In this document: in pieces, positions 13,341 to 24,835 of the stretch
Position numbering within the stretch: position 1 is the stretch's first letter
How the letters are laid out: each line of letters opens with the position of its first letter
Assembly (NCBI GenBank): GCA_951406725.2
Contig: OX597829.1
Coordinates: 40,362,001 to 40,426,000, forward strand
DNA from: Octopus vulgaris
Taxonomy: Eukaryota
Direction: 5' to 3'
DNA: 64,000 nt
The notes under the pieces: generated by a model
The model's input: only the letters and a program-made list of their open reading frames with translations
What the model was told of the DNA's origin: nothing
Database searches by the model: none
Made by a program: the position numbers and the translations under genes

Positions 13341-13441
13341 AATTAGCTACCACCATAGCTAATTCTATAATTCCAGCCATAACATATTTAGTATATTCCC
13401 ACACTCTGACTGTGTTAGGCATTCTGCTGTCATCAAACTGA
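13341..13441 (+). CDS. Candidate phase-1 terminal exon (E)LATTIANSIIPAITYLVYSHTLTVLGILLSSN* with a hydrophobic, GPI-signal-like tail
   Basis: Acceptor TTCTTTTCATTATAG; 33 open codons in AT-rich DNA. Confidence 0.35.
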
Positions 13442-13560
13442 CACCTGTTGGTCCAAGCATTACACTACGTTACATAATATAGCCTCTAGCCCCTCTCTCT
13501 CTCTCTCTCTCACCCCTTCTCTCTCACCACCCTTTCTCTCTCTCTCTGTGGACAATGCAG

Positions 13561-13613
13561 AATTTCACTGGAATCTATCAACAAGTGATTATAACACTTG
13601 TTACAGAATATAA
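13561..13613 (+). CDS. Candidate phase-1 terminal exon (E)FHWNLSTSDYNTCYRI*
   Basis: (CT)n tract then GTGGACAATGCAG acceptor. Confidence 0.3.
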
Positions 13614-13749
13614 CGTGGAAATGTATTTTTCGTACCATTCCTTATCGGTTTTTTTAAATTTTATTTTGTTGTTGTTGTTGTTGTTTTTGAATGGCTGTTA
13701 TAAAAGGAACATCGTTGTTTATTAAACACTGACTTGTGTATATTCGTTT

Positions 13750-13969
13750 ATTCTTTAGCTTTTGTTTCAGTCATTCGACTGTGGGCCATGCTGGAGCACA
13801 GCCTTGAAAGGTTTTAGTCAAAGAAATCAACCCCACGATTTATTTCTCAAGTCTAATTCTTATTCTATTAGACCCTTTTTCACCGAACTGTGAAGTTACA
13901 GGAACATAAACACACCAACACTGGTTGTCAAGCAAAGGTGGGGGAACAAACACGCACATGCAAATATGT

Positions 13970-14002
<33 letters not shown>

Positions 14003-14160
14003 AATGACAGGCTTCCTTCAGTTTCCGTTTACTAAATATATGCACACAACTTTGGTTGGTCCAAGGCTGTAGCAGAAGACACTTGTCCAAGGTGAACAAT
14101 GGGGTTGAACCTGGAACCATGTAGTTGGGAAAGCAAACGTCTTACTTCACAGCCACAACT
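13750..14160 (-). mobile_element. SINE family A, diverged
   Basis: Similarity to the family A consensus. Confidence 0.8.
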
Positions 14161-14236
14161 GTTCATTCATTTCTGTACACTATCCACATTAATATACAGC
14201 AGATACACTAATATACAACAGATTATTACACACTAT

Positions 14237-14402
14237 AGGCATAGGAGTGGCTGTGTGGTAAGTTGCTTGCTTACAAGCCACATGGTTCCGGGTTCAGTCC
14301 CACTGCGTGGCACCTTGGGCAAGTGCCTTCTACTACAGCCTCAAGCCGACCAAAGCCTTGTGAGTGGATTTGGTAGACAGAAACTGAAAGAAGCCTGTCG
14401 TA

Positions 14403-14469
<67 letters not shown>

Positions 14470-14703
14470 ATATGTTTGCGTGCCTGTGTTTATCACCCCC
14501 CCCCCCCCAACATCGCTTGACAACCGATGCTGATGTGTTTACGTCCCCGTAACTTAGCGGTTCGGTAAAAAAGAGGAGCCCGGTAGAATAAGTACTAGGC
14601 TTACAATGAATAAGTCCTGGGGTCGATTTGCTCGACTAAAGGAGGTGCTCCAGCATGGCCGCAGTCAAATGACTGAAACAAGTAAAAGAGTAAAGAGAGT
14701 AAA
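14237..14703 (+). mobile_element. SINE family A, full length
   Basis: Matches 321-740. Confidence 0.9.
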
Positions 14704-15149
14704 GTGTATGCACTAACGTAAACATGGGCTTAATGCCTTCAGTTTATATCTCACAACAATGACAAATAACAATGCCACCACTGGAAACAATAAGGCTGTG
14801 AGGCAACCCAGCACAGTAATCATATTGTTCAAAGTAGAGAACACAAATCACCAGAAATTCACCTGAATATGCCTTGGTTCTCAAGGAAACAGAAAACCTT
14901 ATATAGAAAACTGGAACTACTCTCATTACCTCACCTTCTCCTTTCTTACCAGCAACACTTGTGAACATCAGATGCAAACAATTGCTGTTGTCAATGGCAT
15001 ACATACATACAATACACTGCATACATACATACAAAGGACATATGAAGTGTTTGGATCAAACTTGTGACTTGGCTTTGCCACAGTCTCGCATGTTCATTGC
15101 ATTTTCTTCTGCATGGTACCATGAATTGTCAGAAGATACTGGTAGAAAT

Positions 15150-15710
15150 AGCATGCTGGCAGAAACGTTAGCACGCCGGGCGAAATGCTTTGTGGTATTT
15201 CGTCCGCCGTTACGTTCTGAGTTCAAATTCCGCCGAGGTCGACTTTGCCTTTCATCCTTTCGGGGTCGATTAAATAAGTACCAGTTACGCACTGGAGTTG
15301 ATATAATCGACTTAATCCCTTTGTCTGTCCTTGTTTGTCCTCTCTGTGTTTAGCCCCTTGTGGGTAGTAAAGAAATAGGTAGAAATAGCTTCCTTGTGGA
15401 GGCCTGCCATATGACGGTATGTAAGGCGGCGAGCTGGCAGAAACGTTAGCATGCCGGGTGAAATGCATAGTTGTATTTCGTCCGCCGTTATGTTCTGAGT
15501 TCAAATTCCATCGAGGTCGACTTTGTCCTTCATCCTTTCGGGATTGATTAAATAAGTACCAGTTACGCACTGGAGTCGATGTAATCGGCTTAATCCGTTT
15601 GTCTGTCCTTGTTTGTCCTCTCTGTGTTTAGCCCCTTGTGGGTAGTAAAGAAATAGGTAGAATTAACTTCCTTGCAGAGGCCTGCCACGAGACCGTATGA
15701 AGAGGCAGAC
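15150..15710 (+). mobile_element. Two SINE family B copies within a local tandem duplication (about 278 bp)
   Basis: Both copies are followed by a similar flank (TTCCTTG..GAGGCCTGCCA..GTATG). Confidence 0.8.
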
Positions 15711-16290
15711 CCACAGGTGATGCTTTGGGAGACGACTGTATCAGTTGGTGCATGAATCTTGTATTTTTTTTCTCCTTCTGTTTGTGAACGATGCCTCAGT
15801 AAACGCAAAACTTATAATAGATTAAGGATACAGTTAACGGCAGCTTTGAAATCATGATTTCCTCCTCCTCTCCATCCACAATCGAATCCAACTTAAAAAA
15901 ACAAACTTCATCATTATCATTTAACTTCCACTTTTCCGTTTCTATGAGTCTCACAGAATTTGTTGGGGGTGGTTTTTGTACATCCAGATGTCCCTCCTGC
16001 CACCAACCCTCACTTGTTTAATGTTTCCTATGACTAGACATATTTTCATACGAGATTGAAAACAAAGGAAACTGCTTGCATAATGGTAACATTTGATTCG
16101 TTTACAACTATCATGTGATGTCAAGGCAAGCTGATGGTAACACACACATGTACATATACTACAGGCTTCGTTCAGTTTCATCAAATGTAAATAATGTTAT
16201 TCTATCTGTCTCTTTTGTCAAACTGCTAAGTTATGAGGATGTAAAGACACTGACATCGGTTGTCAAGCGATGGTGGGGGACAACACAAAC

Positions 16291-16327
<37 letters not shown>

Positions 16328-17302
16328 ACATGCTTCTTTCAATTTCCGTGTACCAAATCCACTCGGGAGAGTTTGGTTGGCCCAAGGTGCCAAACCATGG
16401 GACTGAACCCAGTACAAATGTTGAACATTACCACACAGCCACATCTGTGCCTACAGAGGACCAAAATCAAAATGCAACCCATTTTTGCTCTCTGTATGCA
16501 TTGACTTTGAAAAGAGAGCACATAGAGAGAATTCTGAAAGGTTCAACAAAAAAAGAAGAAAAATGTATTTTCATTATTAAGCTGGTGTTTTGCAAACAAA
16601 GAATTACAAAAAAAGTTTTATAGATTAGACATTAAAGCAGTTGTTAGGCTTTATATTAGGGGTTCTCAACCATTTTTTTTTTTTTTACAAATGGACTCCT
16701 TTGAGTACTATTTTATTCTGGTTGACCCCACTAGCCATTTGAGGTTTAAAAACTAGTTCTATAGATTCTTCCTTCAAAATTCCTATTTCATTTTACGTGT
16801 ATTAAACTTGTGTAGGTCAATCTGTGAAAAATGCTGGAGAAAGAAACTTAAGTGTTTCTTGCAATACATTAAAAGCAAAATTTTATCAGGGGCCCAGCCA
16901 TACTGGAGCAACACCTTTAGTTGAATGAATCGACCCCCAGGACTTATTCTTTGTAATACAGTTCTATATTTAAGAGATGAAGAATTATGTACATTATTTA
17001 CATTGTGTTAACAACAAACAAGATGAGGACAAATATCCATCAAATGTAAATAATGTTTATTCTATCAGTCTCTTTTGCCAAACTGCTAAGTTATGGGGAT
17101 GTAAAGACACCAACATCGGTTGTCAAGCGATGGTGGGGGACAACACAAACATATACATATATATAAATAAAAGGACAAGCAACCACATATGCTTAACCAC
17201 ATACCGAAAAATTAGAAATAGCAGTCAAAGACTGCTTATTTCTATTTTCTACAAAGTTCTATTCCTGAGGAACTATTTTTGTGACGCATATATATATATA
17301 TA

Positions 17303-18138
17303 AAAAGACAGAGATCATGGGCCAGGACGTCGGAGGGGTCCCCAGCATCAGTGTCGGCGACCACAGCTTGCAGGTGGTGAACGAGTTCACTTACCTGGGA
17401 TCGACGGTCTCCAGCAGCCTGTCCCTCGAGCCGGAGCTGAACAGACGGATTGGGAAGGCTGCTGCTGCCATGGCTAAGCTCTCCAGGAGAGTGTGGGAAA
17501 ACAACATGCTCACAATAACCACCAAGATCGCTGTGTACCGAGCCTGCGTGCTGAGCACCCTACTCTACAGCAGCGAGAGCTGGACAACATACACCCGGCA
17601 GGAATGCTGCCTCAGCGGCTTCCACATGCGGTGTCTTCGACGGATCCTTGGCATCTCCTGGAAGGACCGAATACCAAACGGAGTCATCCTGGAACAGACT
17701 AATATGCCAAGCATGTATGCCCTCCTCATGCGGAGACAACTGCGCTGGCTCGGACACGTCTGCCGCATGCAGGACGGTCGCATGCCTAAAGACATCCTGT
17801 ACAGCAAACTCACCATGGGATCCCGACCCAAGGGACGTCCACAGCTACGATACAGGGACGTGTGCAAGCGTGACCTGAGGACTGCCAACATCTGTGTGGA
17901 CACGTGGGAGGAAACAGCTGCTGACCGCTCTGCCTGGCGTCGGACGGTGAGGAAAGGCGTTTCCATGGCTGAGGAGAGGAGAGCACAGCTGTGGTTGGAC
18001 AGGCAGGACAGGAGGAGGACAACTGCAGCAACACCCCACATGTACCCATCGATGTTCGTGTGCAGCAACTGTACCAAGGACTGCCTCTCTAGAATTGGAC
18101 TGTTCAGTCACAGCAGACGCTGCACATCATCAAAGTAG
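17303..18138 (+). pseudogene. RTE ORF C-terminal part (end of RT/thumb, RWLGHVCRM motif, C-terminal Cys/His finger)
   Basis: FTYLGS, LLYSSESW, LRRILGISWKDRIPN, RWLGHVCRM, GSRPKGRP, CSNCTKDCLSRIGLFSHSRRC; no stops; 5' truncated. Confidence 0.9.
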
Positions 18139-18189
18139 GCCCCACCCTTGGCGCAACCCATTGTCTATCAAGACAGACGGGGAAGAGGA
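17303..18189 (+). mobile_element. 5'-truncated RTE-clade LINE
   Basis: GC-rich island between TA tracts; ORF followed by a short 3' UTR. Confidence 0.92.
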
Positions 18190-18830
18190 TATATATATAT
18201 ATATATATATATAACATAACATGCTTCTTTCAGTTTCCGTGTACCAAATCCACTCAGTAGACTTTGGTTGGCCCAAAGCTACAGTAGAAGACACTTGCCC
18301 AAGGTGCCAAGCCATGGGACTGAACCCAGGACAGTGTGGTTGGCAAGCAAGCTTCTTACCACACAGCCACACCAATTTACTATTTTGTTTTGTGGACCCT
18401 GGTTGAGAACGCCTTCTTTCTATCATAAAACTAGAGGACAATCTCAGATGAGTTGATATTAATGGGGGTTAAACGTAAAAATGCATGTGAAATATATACA
18501 GTATGTATTGGTCAAGATTCTAAGGTTCTTTGGTAAGGGAGGGAGTTAATTTTTTTTTTATTATATGTTTATTGTGGTTTTCCTAATGTTAGTTTTATTA
18601 CTCTATAATTAATTTATAGATTACACTGTTGCTTATTGTTAATTTTTACATTGACATATTTATTTCGAGTTTTATTTCATGCCATCCATCAATCTTTTCT
18701 GTAAATTTAATAATGAACAATCTGTTTGTTTGTTTTTTTTTGTTTGTTTGTTTACTTCTTTATTTTTTTTGTTTTGTTTTTGTTTCTGTTTTTTTCCCCC
18801 CCTTTTCTTTCTGCTTTTCACAACTGCAAG

Positions 18831-18850
18831 GTGGAACTTGTAAATACTGA
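18831..18850 (+). CDS. Candidate 9-nt micro-exon GTGGAACTT (18831-18839); read-through gives (G)GTCKY*
   Basis: Strong pyrimidine tract, CTGC..ACTGCAAG acceptor, GTAAAT donor. Confidence 0.45.
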
Positions 18851-18954
18851 CTTTGTTTTATTGCATTTACATTTATTTATTTTTGTTTTTTTGAGACTGC
18901 TTCAAATTAAATTTAGTTTTACCATAAAGAAACGGCTCTCTAATATTGTTGTAG

Positions 18955-19043
18955 ACAGCTTCTACAGTCTCAGTGGCACAATAAAAAACACCACCGGATT
19001 ATACAACAGATTCGTGGTCGAAAGGAAGAACATCAAGATGTAA
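18955..19043 (+). CDS. Candidate phase-1 terminal exon (D)SFYSLSGTIKNTTGLYNRFVVERKNIKM*
   Basis: CTCTCTAATATTGTTGTAG acceptor with CTAAT branch-like motif; coding-like composition; stop within AT|GTAA. Confidence 0.4.
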
Positions 19044-19233
19044 CAAAAACTATGTCAAAACAAAAAAAAATGATGTGCACCTGTATACATGCACACAAAT
19101 GACAACAAAGGCTAGCTGTTTTCTCTATAGTTAGTTGTGTAGGCTATTTGATAAAGACCACAAGAAGTGGGAGACATTATGAAATCTATCCAACCAACAC
19201 ACGAAGAGAAATGGTTGTAAAATGCTTGTTGCT

Positions 19234-19416
19234 CTTTTTACTCTTTTACTCTTTTCAGTCATTTGGCTGCGACCATGCTGGAGCACCGCCTTTAGTCGAG
19301 CAAATCGACCCCAGGACTTATTCTTTGTAAGCCTAGTACTTATTCTATCGGTCTCTCTTTGCCGAACCGCTAAGTTACGGGGACGTATACACACCAACAT
19401 CGGTTGTCAAGCGATG

Positions 19417-19451
<35 letters not shown>

Positions 19452-19637
19452 TATATATATGTACATACATATACGACGGGCTTCTTTCAGTTTCCGTCTA
19501 CCAAATCCACTCACAAGGCTTTGGTCGGCCTGGGGCTATAGCAGAAGACACTTGCCCAAGGTGCCGTGCAGTGGGACTGAACCCGGAACCATGTGGTTCG
19601 TTAGCAAGCTACTTACCACACAGCCACTCCTACACCT
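19234..19637 (-). mobile_element. SINE family A, full length
   Basis: Reverse complement of consensus. Confidence 0.9.
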
Positions 19638-20395
19638 ATGGATGGATTTTTTTAACTCCTTCTAAATTGCTTGTTTTCAGATATCTTTGTCTATTCCACA
19701 TTTTAATGGATAAGGATAAAAAAAAAAAGGCTAAAGCTCCTTCCCAAGTCATATAGACTCATAGGGCAAGGTTCTTGGTTTCTGGTGTGTCTGTATTCCA
19801 TTTTTACCAGCTTAGTCAACAGGAGCAAGAACTTACTGCATCAACTGGTTCAGGAATGTAAACCATAATCTTACAATCATGAGTCCAACTTCCTACCATT
19901 AACCCATGCACCTCCATCCTGTTGTACATGCCTATCTCAAACAGATTGTTATAACCATTATTTAATGCTAAGTCAACACTAGTTAGGAAGATTACGATTA
20001 AGTTCAAAAACATTCAAACTGTGACCATCTCGTTAGCATTTTTGTAAACCAAAGACCATATTGTTCTATGTATCCTGTTTTATTGCAGACAGTTGGGTGT
20101 TTCCTTGAAGATGTTCGATTGCTATTTCTAGCATATTGAGTGACCATGTAGAGGCTCCAGGTCTGCTTCAAATAAGAAGTCTTTAGTCAACATTTCAATG
20201 ACATTGTTTCACCTAACTGAAAACTATACAGCAAAATATCACATGGTTTGCAGCTTAAATGTCTATTTGAAATTGCCCTTACCTCTGCCCAGTCTATTTC
20301 TGTATGCAGATAAGGTGATTTTTGCCCTGAACATGATGGTTGCTATACATCCCAATATAATGTTTGGGACAAATGTGGGTATTGATGTTGCTGTT

Positions 20396-20773
20396 TGTTT
20401 GTTTGTTTGTTGAGCAAAACGGTCTTCGTCCCATTAGTGGGAGAAGTCCGAAACGTTGGTCCTTTGCTATTCGTAAGACCCACGGAAGAGAAAGCAGGTC
20501 AACCCCCGACACTGAGAGCATCGACGGATGGATGAATGTGCCTCTAGGCTCAGTGGTTGCGTAGGAAGTCGAGGATAAGAAACAAGAAGAAAGAGTGAGA
20601 GAAAGTTGGAGCGAAAGAGTACAACAGGGGTCGTCACCACCCCTTGCCGGAGCCTCGTGGAGCTTTAGGTGTTTTCGCTCAATAAACACGCGCAACACCC
20701 GGTCTGGGAATTGAAACCGTGATCCTCTGACCGTGAGTCCGCTGCCCTAACCACTGGGCCTTTGCGCCTCCAC
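20396..20773 (-). mobile_element. tRNA-derived SINE with (AAAC)n tail and 13-bp TSD
   Basis: Minus head GGAGGCGCAAAGGCCCAGTGGTTAGGGCAGCGGACTC..GGTTTCAATTCCC; TSD TGATGTTGCTGTT at 20383-20395 and 20774-20786. Confidence 0.9.
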
Positions 20774-21559
20774 TGATGTTGCTGTTATTTCTGGAAGTAC
20801 ATGTCCCTTACATTTGCCCAGGCTCAGTGAGACAGTAGTTTTAGGATCTTGTACAAGTGCCTGATGGTGTAGACAAGCTTTCATATCATGACCGGAACTG
20901 TAGAAATTGAAGCTTGCCCCTTGCATCTCCTCTGGATGGTCTGTAGTTGTACTCTGTGTAGAGTCTGTTATGATATGTGCATTGTGATGTTGTTTTGCAT
21001 TCTTTGTTGTTTATTGTAGGTTGTTTTTAAAGATTATGGGTCCATGTAGGGCGATCAGAGTTCATTGTGGATCTAATGTTTTGCTTATACACCAGTGTTT
21101 TTGCTTCTCCTTGTTGGCTAAATGTAGCGTCTGTGATTATTCTAAATAGGCTTGTGCATCATTTTGCTTTCTTTACTGTGTCTTTCATGTGTTGTGAATA
21201 TTGCAAAGGAGTTCTATGTAAATCCTTGGATCATTGTCTCCTTTGAATGTTGTTGTTGTTGTTGAGTGTGACAGTTTTGCTGTACTTGGTATTCTCTGAC
21301 ATTTTCTGATAATGCTGCTAAGAAGAAATTCGCTAAATTTGGTCAAGACTACATCAAATCAGTTGTCATGGAAATGTGTTTCTTAGAGACTTTGGCAAAA
21401 GTAAGAGTCGTTATAGATTATTAATTACAAAGGCGTAATGGATAAAATTACGTAGGTGTTACAAGCTGAGAACTCAAATGTGAAAATCTCAGACAACTTC
21501 AAGTTCTATATAGTGGAAATATCTATTTTTTGGATACTGTAAATGTGTGTGTGTTTTTT

Positions 21560-22150
21560 TTTAATTCCTTAAATAATATTTGTTTAAAATTTTGGCAGAA
21601 GGTCAACAATTTCAGGGAAGGGATTAAATTGATTATCTTGACTCCAGTGCTCAACTGGTACTTAATTAATCGACCCCTGATGGATGAAAGCCAAAGTCAA
21701 CTTCTGCAGAATTTGAACTCAGAACGTAAAGAGGGACGAAATGTTGGTAAGCATTTTGTCTGGCATGCTAATGATTCTGTTGGCTGACTGCCTTAATTCT
21801 TTAAATAATATTAACTAAAATATATTTGATGGTCATATGTGTATCGACTGCTGATGTTACCAAAGTTTTCTATTGGGATTCTTTAAATAATATTGGTTTC
21901 CAATGTTGACAGAAGGCCAGCAATTTGGGGGAAGGGGTCAAGTCAATTACCTTGATTCCAGTGCTCAACTGGTACTTTTTTAATCACCCCTAAAAGGATG
22001 AAAGGCAAAGTCAACCCTGGCACCATTTCAACTCAGAACATAAAGACTGACGTAATGCCGCTAAGCATTTTCCCTGGCATGCTAACGGTTCTGCCAGCTT
22101 GCTGCCTTAATTCTTTAAAAACTATTAAATAAAATATATTTGATGGTTAT
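21560..22150 (-). mobile_element. Two diverged SINE B copies in an old tandem duplication (about 315 bp)
   Basis: Both followed by CCTTAATTCTTTAAA..AAAATATATTTGATGGT. Confidence 0.7.
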
Positions 22151-22535
22151 GAGTGGCTGTGTGGTAAGTAGCTTGCTTACCAACCACATGGTTCTGGGTT
22201 CAGTCCTACTTCATAGCACCTTGGGCAAGTGCCTTCTTCTATAGCGGTCAGGTTGATCAAACCCTTGTGAGTGGATTTGGTAGATGGAAACTGAAAGAAG
22301 CCCATCGTATGTATGTGTGTTTGTGTATTTGTGTTTGCCCCACCACCCTCACCACCATAGCTTGACAACCGATGTTGGTGTGTTTATGTCCCTGTAACTT
22401 GGCAGTTCAGCATTCAGCAAAAGAGCCTGATATAATTAGCACTAAGCTTACAAAGAATAATTCCTCGGGCTGATTTGTTCATCTAGAAGCAGTGCTCCAG
22501 CATGGCTGTAGTCAAATGACTGAAACAAATAAAAA
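22151..22535 (+). mobile_element. SINE family A
   Basis: Consensus similarity. Confidence 0.85.
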
Positions 22536-22754
22536 AGGAATATGAGTATTAACTGGTTATGCTTGTCTTTTTTTTTTGTCTGGTGATATTACCAAACTTT
22601 TTTTTTATTGGAATTATTACTAACAACACCGTTATCTAAACACAGCGAGAAAATAGATTACACACACACATACACAAATACAGAGGTGCTTACCAAAATG
22701 CATGTGATTCTCAGATATGGCTAAAGTAAACTGCACCCATAATAACCATTTTAG

Positions 22755-22920
22755 TGTACAAATATTTCACGAAGTACTGTATTACTTGTTCTCTGTGACA
22801 GCAATCGCTCGGTGTCTTATACCGCCAGCTTTAAGCCAGGTGTTAAGAGTACAAGTTTTCTTCCGACTGCAAGCAAGCCAAGTCGGCTTGCCAGCCAACA
22901 AGGAAGCTGTAGCTAGTTGA
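22755..22920 (+). CDS. Back-to-back candidate exons: 22755-22798 (V)YKYFTKYCITCSL*, and 22802 onward (phase 1 AIARCL..EAVAS*; phase 2 NRSVSYTASFKPGVKS..QQGSCS*)
   Basis: Unique, GC-balanced island; second acceptor TTGTTCTCTGTGACAG overlaps the first stop. Confidence 0.35.
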
Positions 22921-23402
22921 ACCTGTGAAAAGAAGCAGCATGAGACAGAGAGAGATTGGCTGTGTGAATTTAGGGACCTCATAGTACAGTAGCAGTGCCA
23001 AGTTGTTGTAAGGTGGTGGTGGTGGTGGTGATGGCAGCGATGGTGACTTAAAACTAACTGACTATAGAGTGTAAAAGAAAAAAAAAAAAAGAACTGAATG
23101 AGGAATTCACAGCTGATGATGAGGCTGTTTTATAAAATGTCTACTAAACTGTATATTGTTTTGTTTTTGTTTTTGTTTTGTGTGTGTGCATGTGTGTGTG
23201 TGTTTGTGTGTGTGTTTTGCAACGTGGCTGCAACTGTTATAAGAAAGATTTAATTCCTTCATGCAGTTTGGTAGATACCATAACCCATAAACGTTAATTG
23301 CCACCACAACCACCACCACCGCCATCATCATTATTGGTGTTCACCCCCCCACCCCCACCACCTCACCCCACCTCCCATATAATTTGTTCATTAAAGTTTC
23401 AG

Positions 23403-23536
23403 TTTGTAAACTATTCAATAATAATTTTGTTCAAACGAGTTCAGTCCATTTGTGAATTCTGCTATCATTCTTTTGATTTTTTTTTTTTTTTTTTTTTGCA
23501 GCAATTAATTCAGGGAAAAAAAAAAAAAAAGTGTAA
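23403..23536 (+). CDS. Back-to-back candidate phase-1 terminal exons: 23403-23455 (V)CKLFNNNFVQTSSVHL* and 23502-23536 (A)INSGKKKKKV*
   Basis: Acceptors TTTCAG and (T)nGCAG; AATAAA overlaps the second stop. Confidence 0.3.
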
Positions 23537-23659
23537 ATAAATTGCTGCATCATTGTTATCATCATGAAATGTTAACATGCATACAAACAAATGTATTAAC
23601 CAACCCTCCTCCTGATGAAATCACACATGCTTATCTATCTATCTATCTATGTATATATA

Positions 23660-24143
23660 GAAGAGGAAAAATTATAATAAGGCAGAATGCTGAATTGAAA
23701 GAAAATTTTAATAAAAATGGGTGTATGAAAAATTAGAAAAGAAAGAATAATAATAAATCAAACCGGCTTTCATTGCAAGGCAAATTTTCAAGATTTGGAA
23801 GGGAAAAAATTTTTTTTTTAAATTGAGGAAGGGGAAAAAAGAAACTTACAATGTTTTTTTCAAAAAAATAATAATACATACATATAAAAATTAATAAATA
23901 AACATACCAATACATTGTAGTGTCTTATGCTTTTAGAGTTCAATATTAGTCCTCGGAAAAACTTCTTTGGAGGATTAGGAGTTATGTGTTTAAGTCTAGT
24001 GACACTTCCAAATCTTGAAAATTTGCCTTGCTATGAAAGCCGGTTTGATTTTTAATTTTTAATTTTTTTATTTTTCATGCACCCATTTTTATTAAAATTT
24101 TCTTTCAATTTAGCATTCAGCCTTATTATAATTTTTCCTCTCC
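23660..24143. mobile_element. MITE with about 140-bp terminal inverted repeats
   Basis: 23660-23800 is the near reverse complement of 24005-24143; TA flanks. Confidence 0.85.
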
Positions 24144-24499
24144 TATCATTTCTCCACGTGCTGTTAGCACAACCCCACCATTTACTGACTTAGGTATATA
24201 TATATATATATATAGTAAATAAGATAAAAAATTAAGAACAAACAAAAAAAAAACAACAGTGTGAGTATGTGATACATGTAAAATATTAGCAGATGCTCAG
24301 GGAAGGAAGGAAAGGTGGTTTTACGTTTTGAGCAAAAGTCTTCTTCAGAAACAGAGGAAAGTCAAAAATATCACCAACAATTAACATATAGTTGCATATA
24401 TATATATGTATATATAAACACACATACATAGATACATACATACATACATATATATATATATATACACATATATATACATACATATATACATATATATAT

Positions 24500-24791
24500 A
24501 TCATCATCATCATCATTTAGCGTCCGCTTTCCGTGCTAGCATGGGTTGGACGGTTCAACTGGGGTCTGTGAAGCCAGAAGGCTTCATCAGGCCCAGTCAG
24601 ATCTGGCAGTGTTTCTACGACTGGATGCCCTTCCTAACGCCAACCACTCCGTGAGTGTAGTGGGTGCTTTTTATGTGCCACCCGCACAGGTGCCAGACGG
24701 AGCTGGCAAACGGCCACGGACGGATGGTGCTTTTTACGTGCCACCGGCACGGGGGCCAGGCGAGGCTGGCAACGGCCACGAACGGATGGTG

Positions 24792-24793
<2 letters not shown>
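24500..24793 (-). mobile_element. Family C retroposon ((GAT)n tail, internal TTTACGTGCCACC repeats)
   Basis: Matches the 12040, 34557, 58111 and 61560 copies. Confidence 0.85.

Positions 24794-24835
<42 letters not shown>

Larger units (their letters stand above)
16657..18415. mobile_element. hAT (Charlie-like) MITE hosting a nested SINE A and RTE
   Basis: TIRs TAGGGGTTCTCAACC / GGTTGAGAACGCCTT; 8-bp flanks CTTTATAT and CTTTCTAT. Confidence 0.75.
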
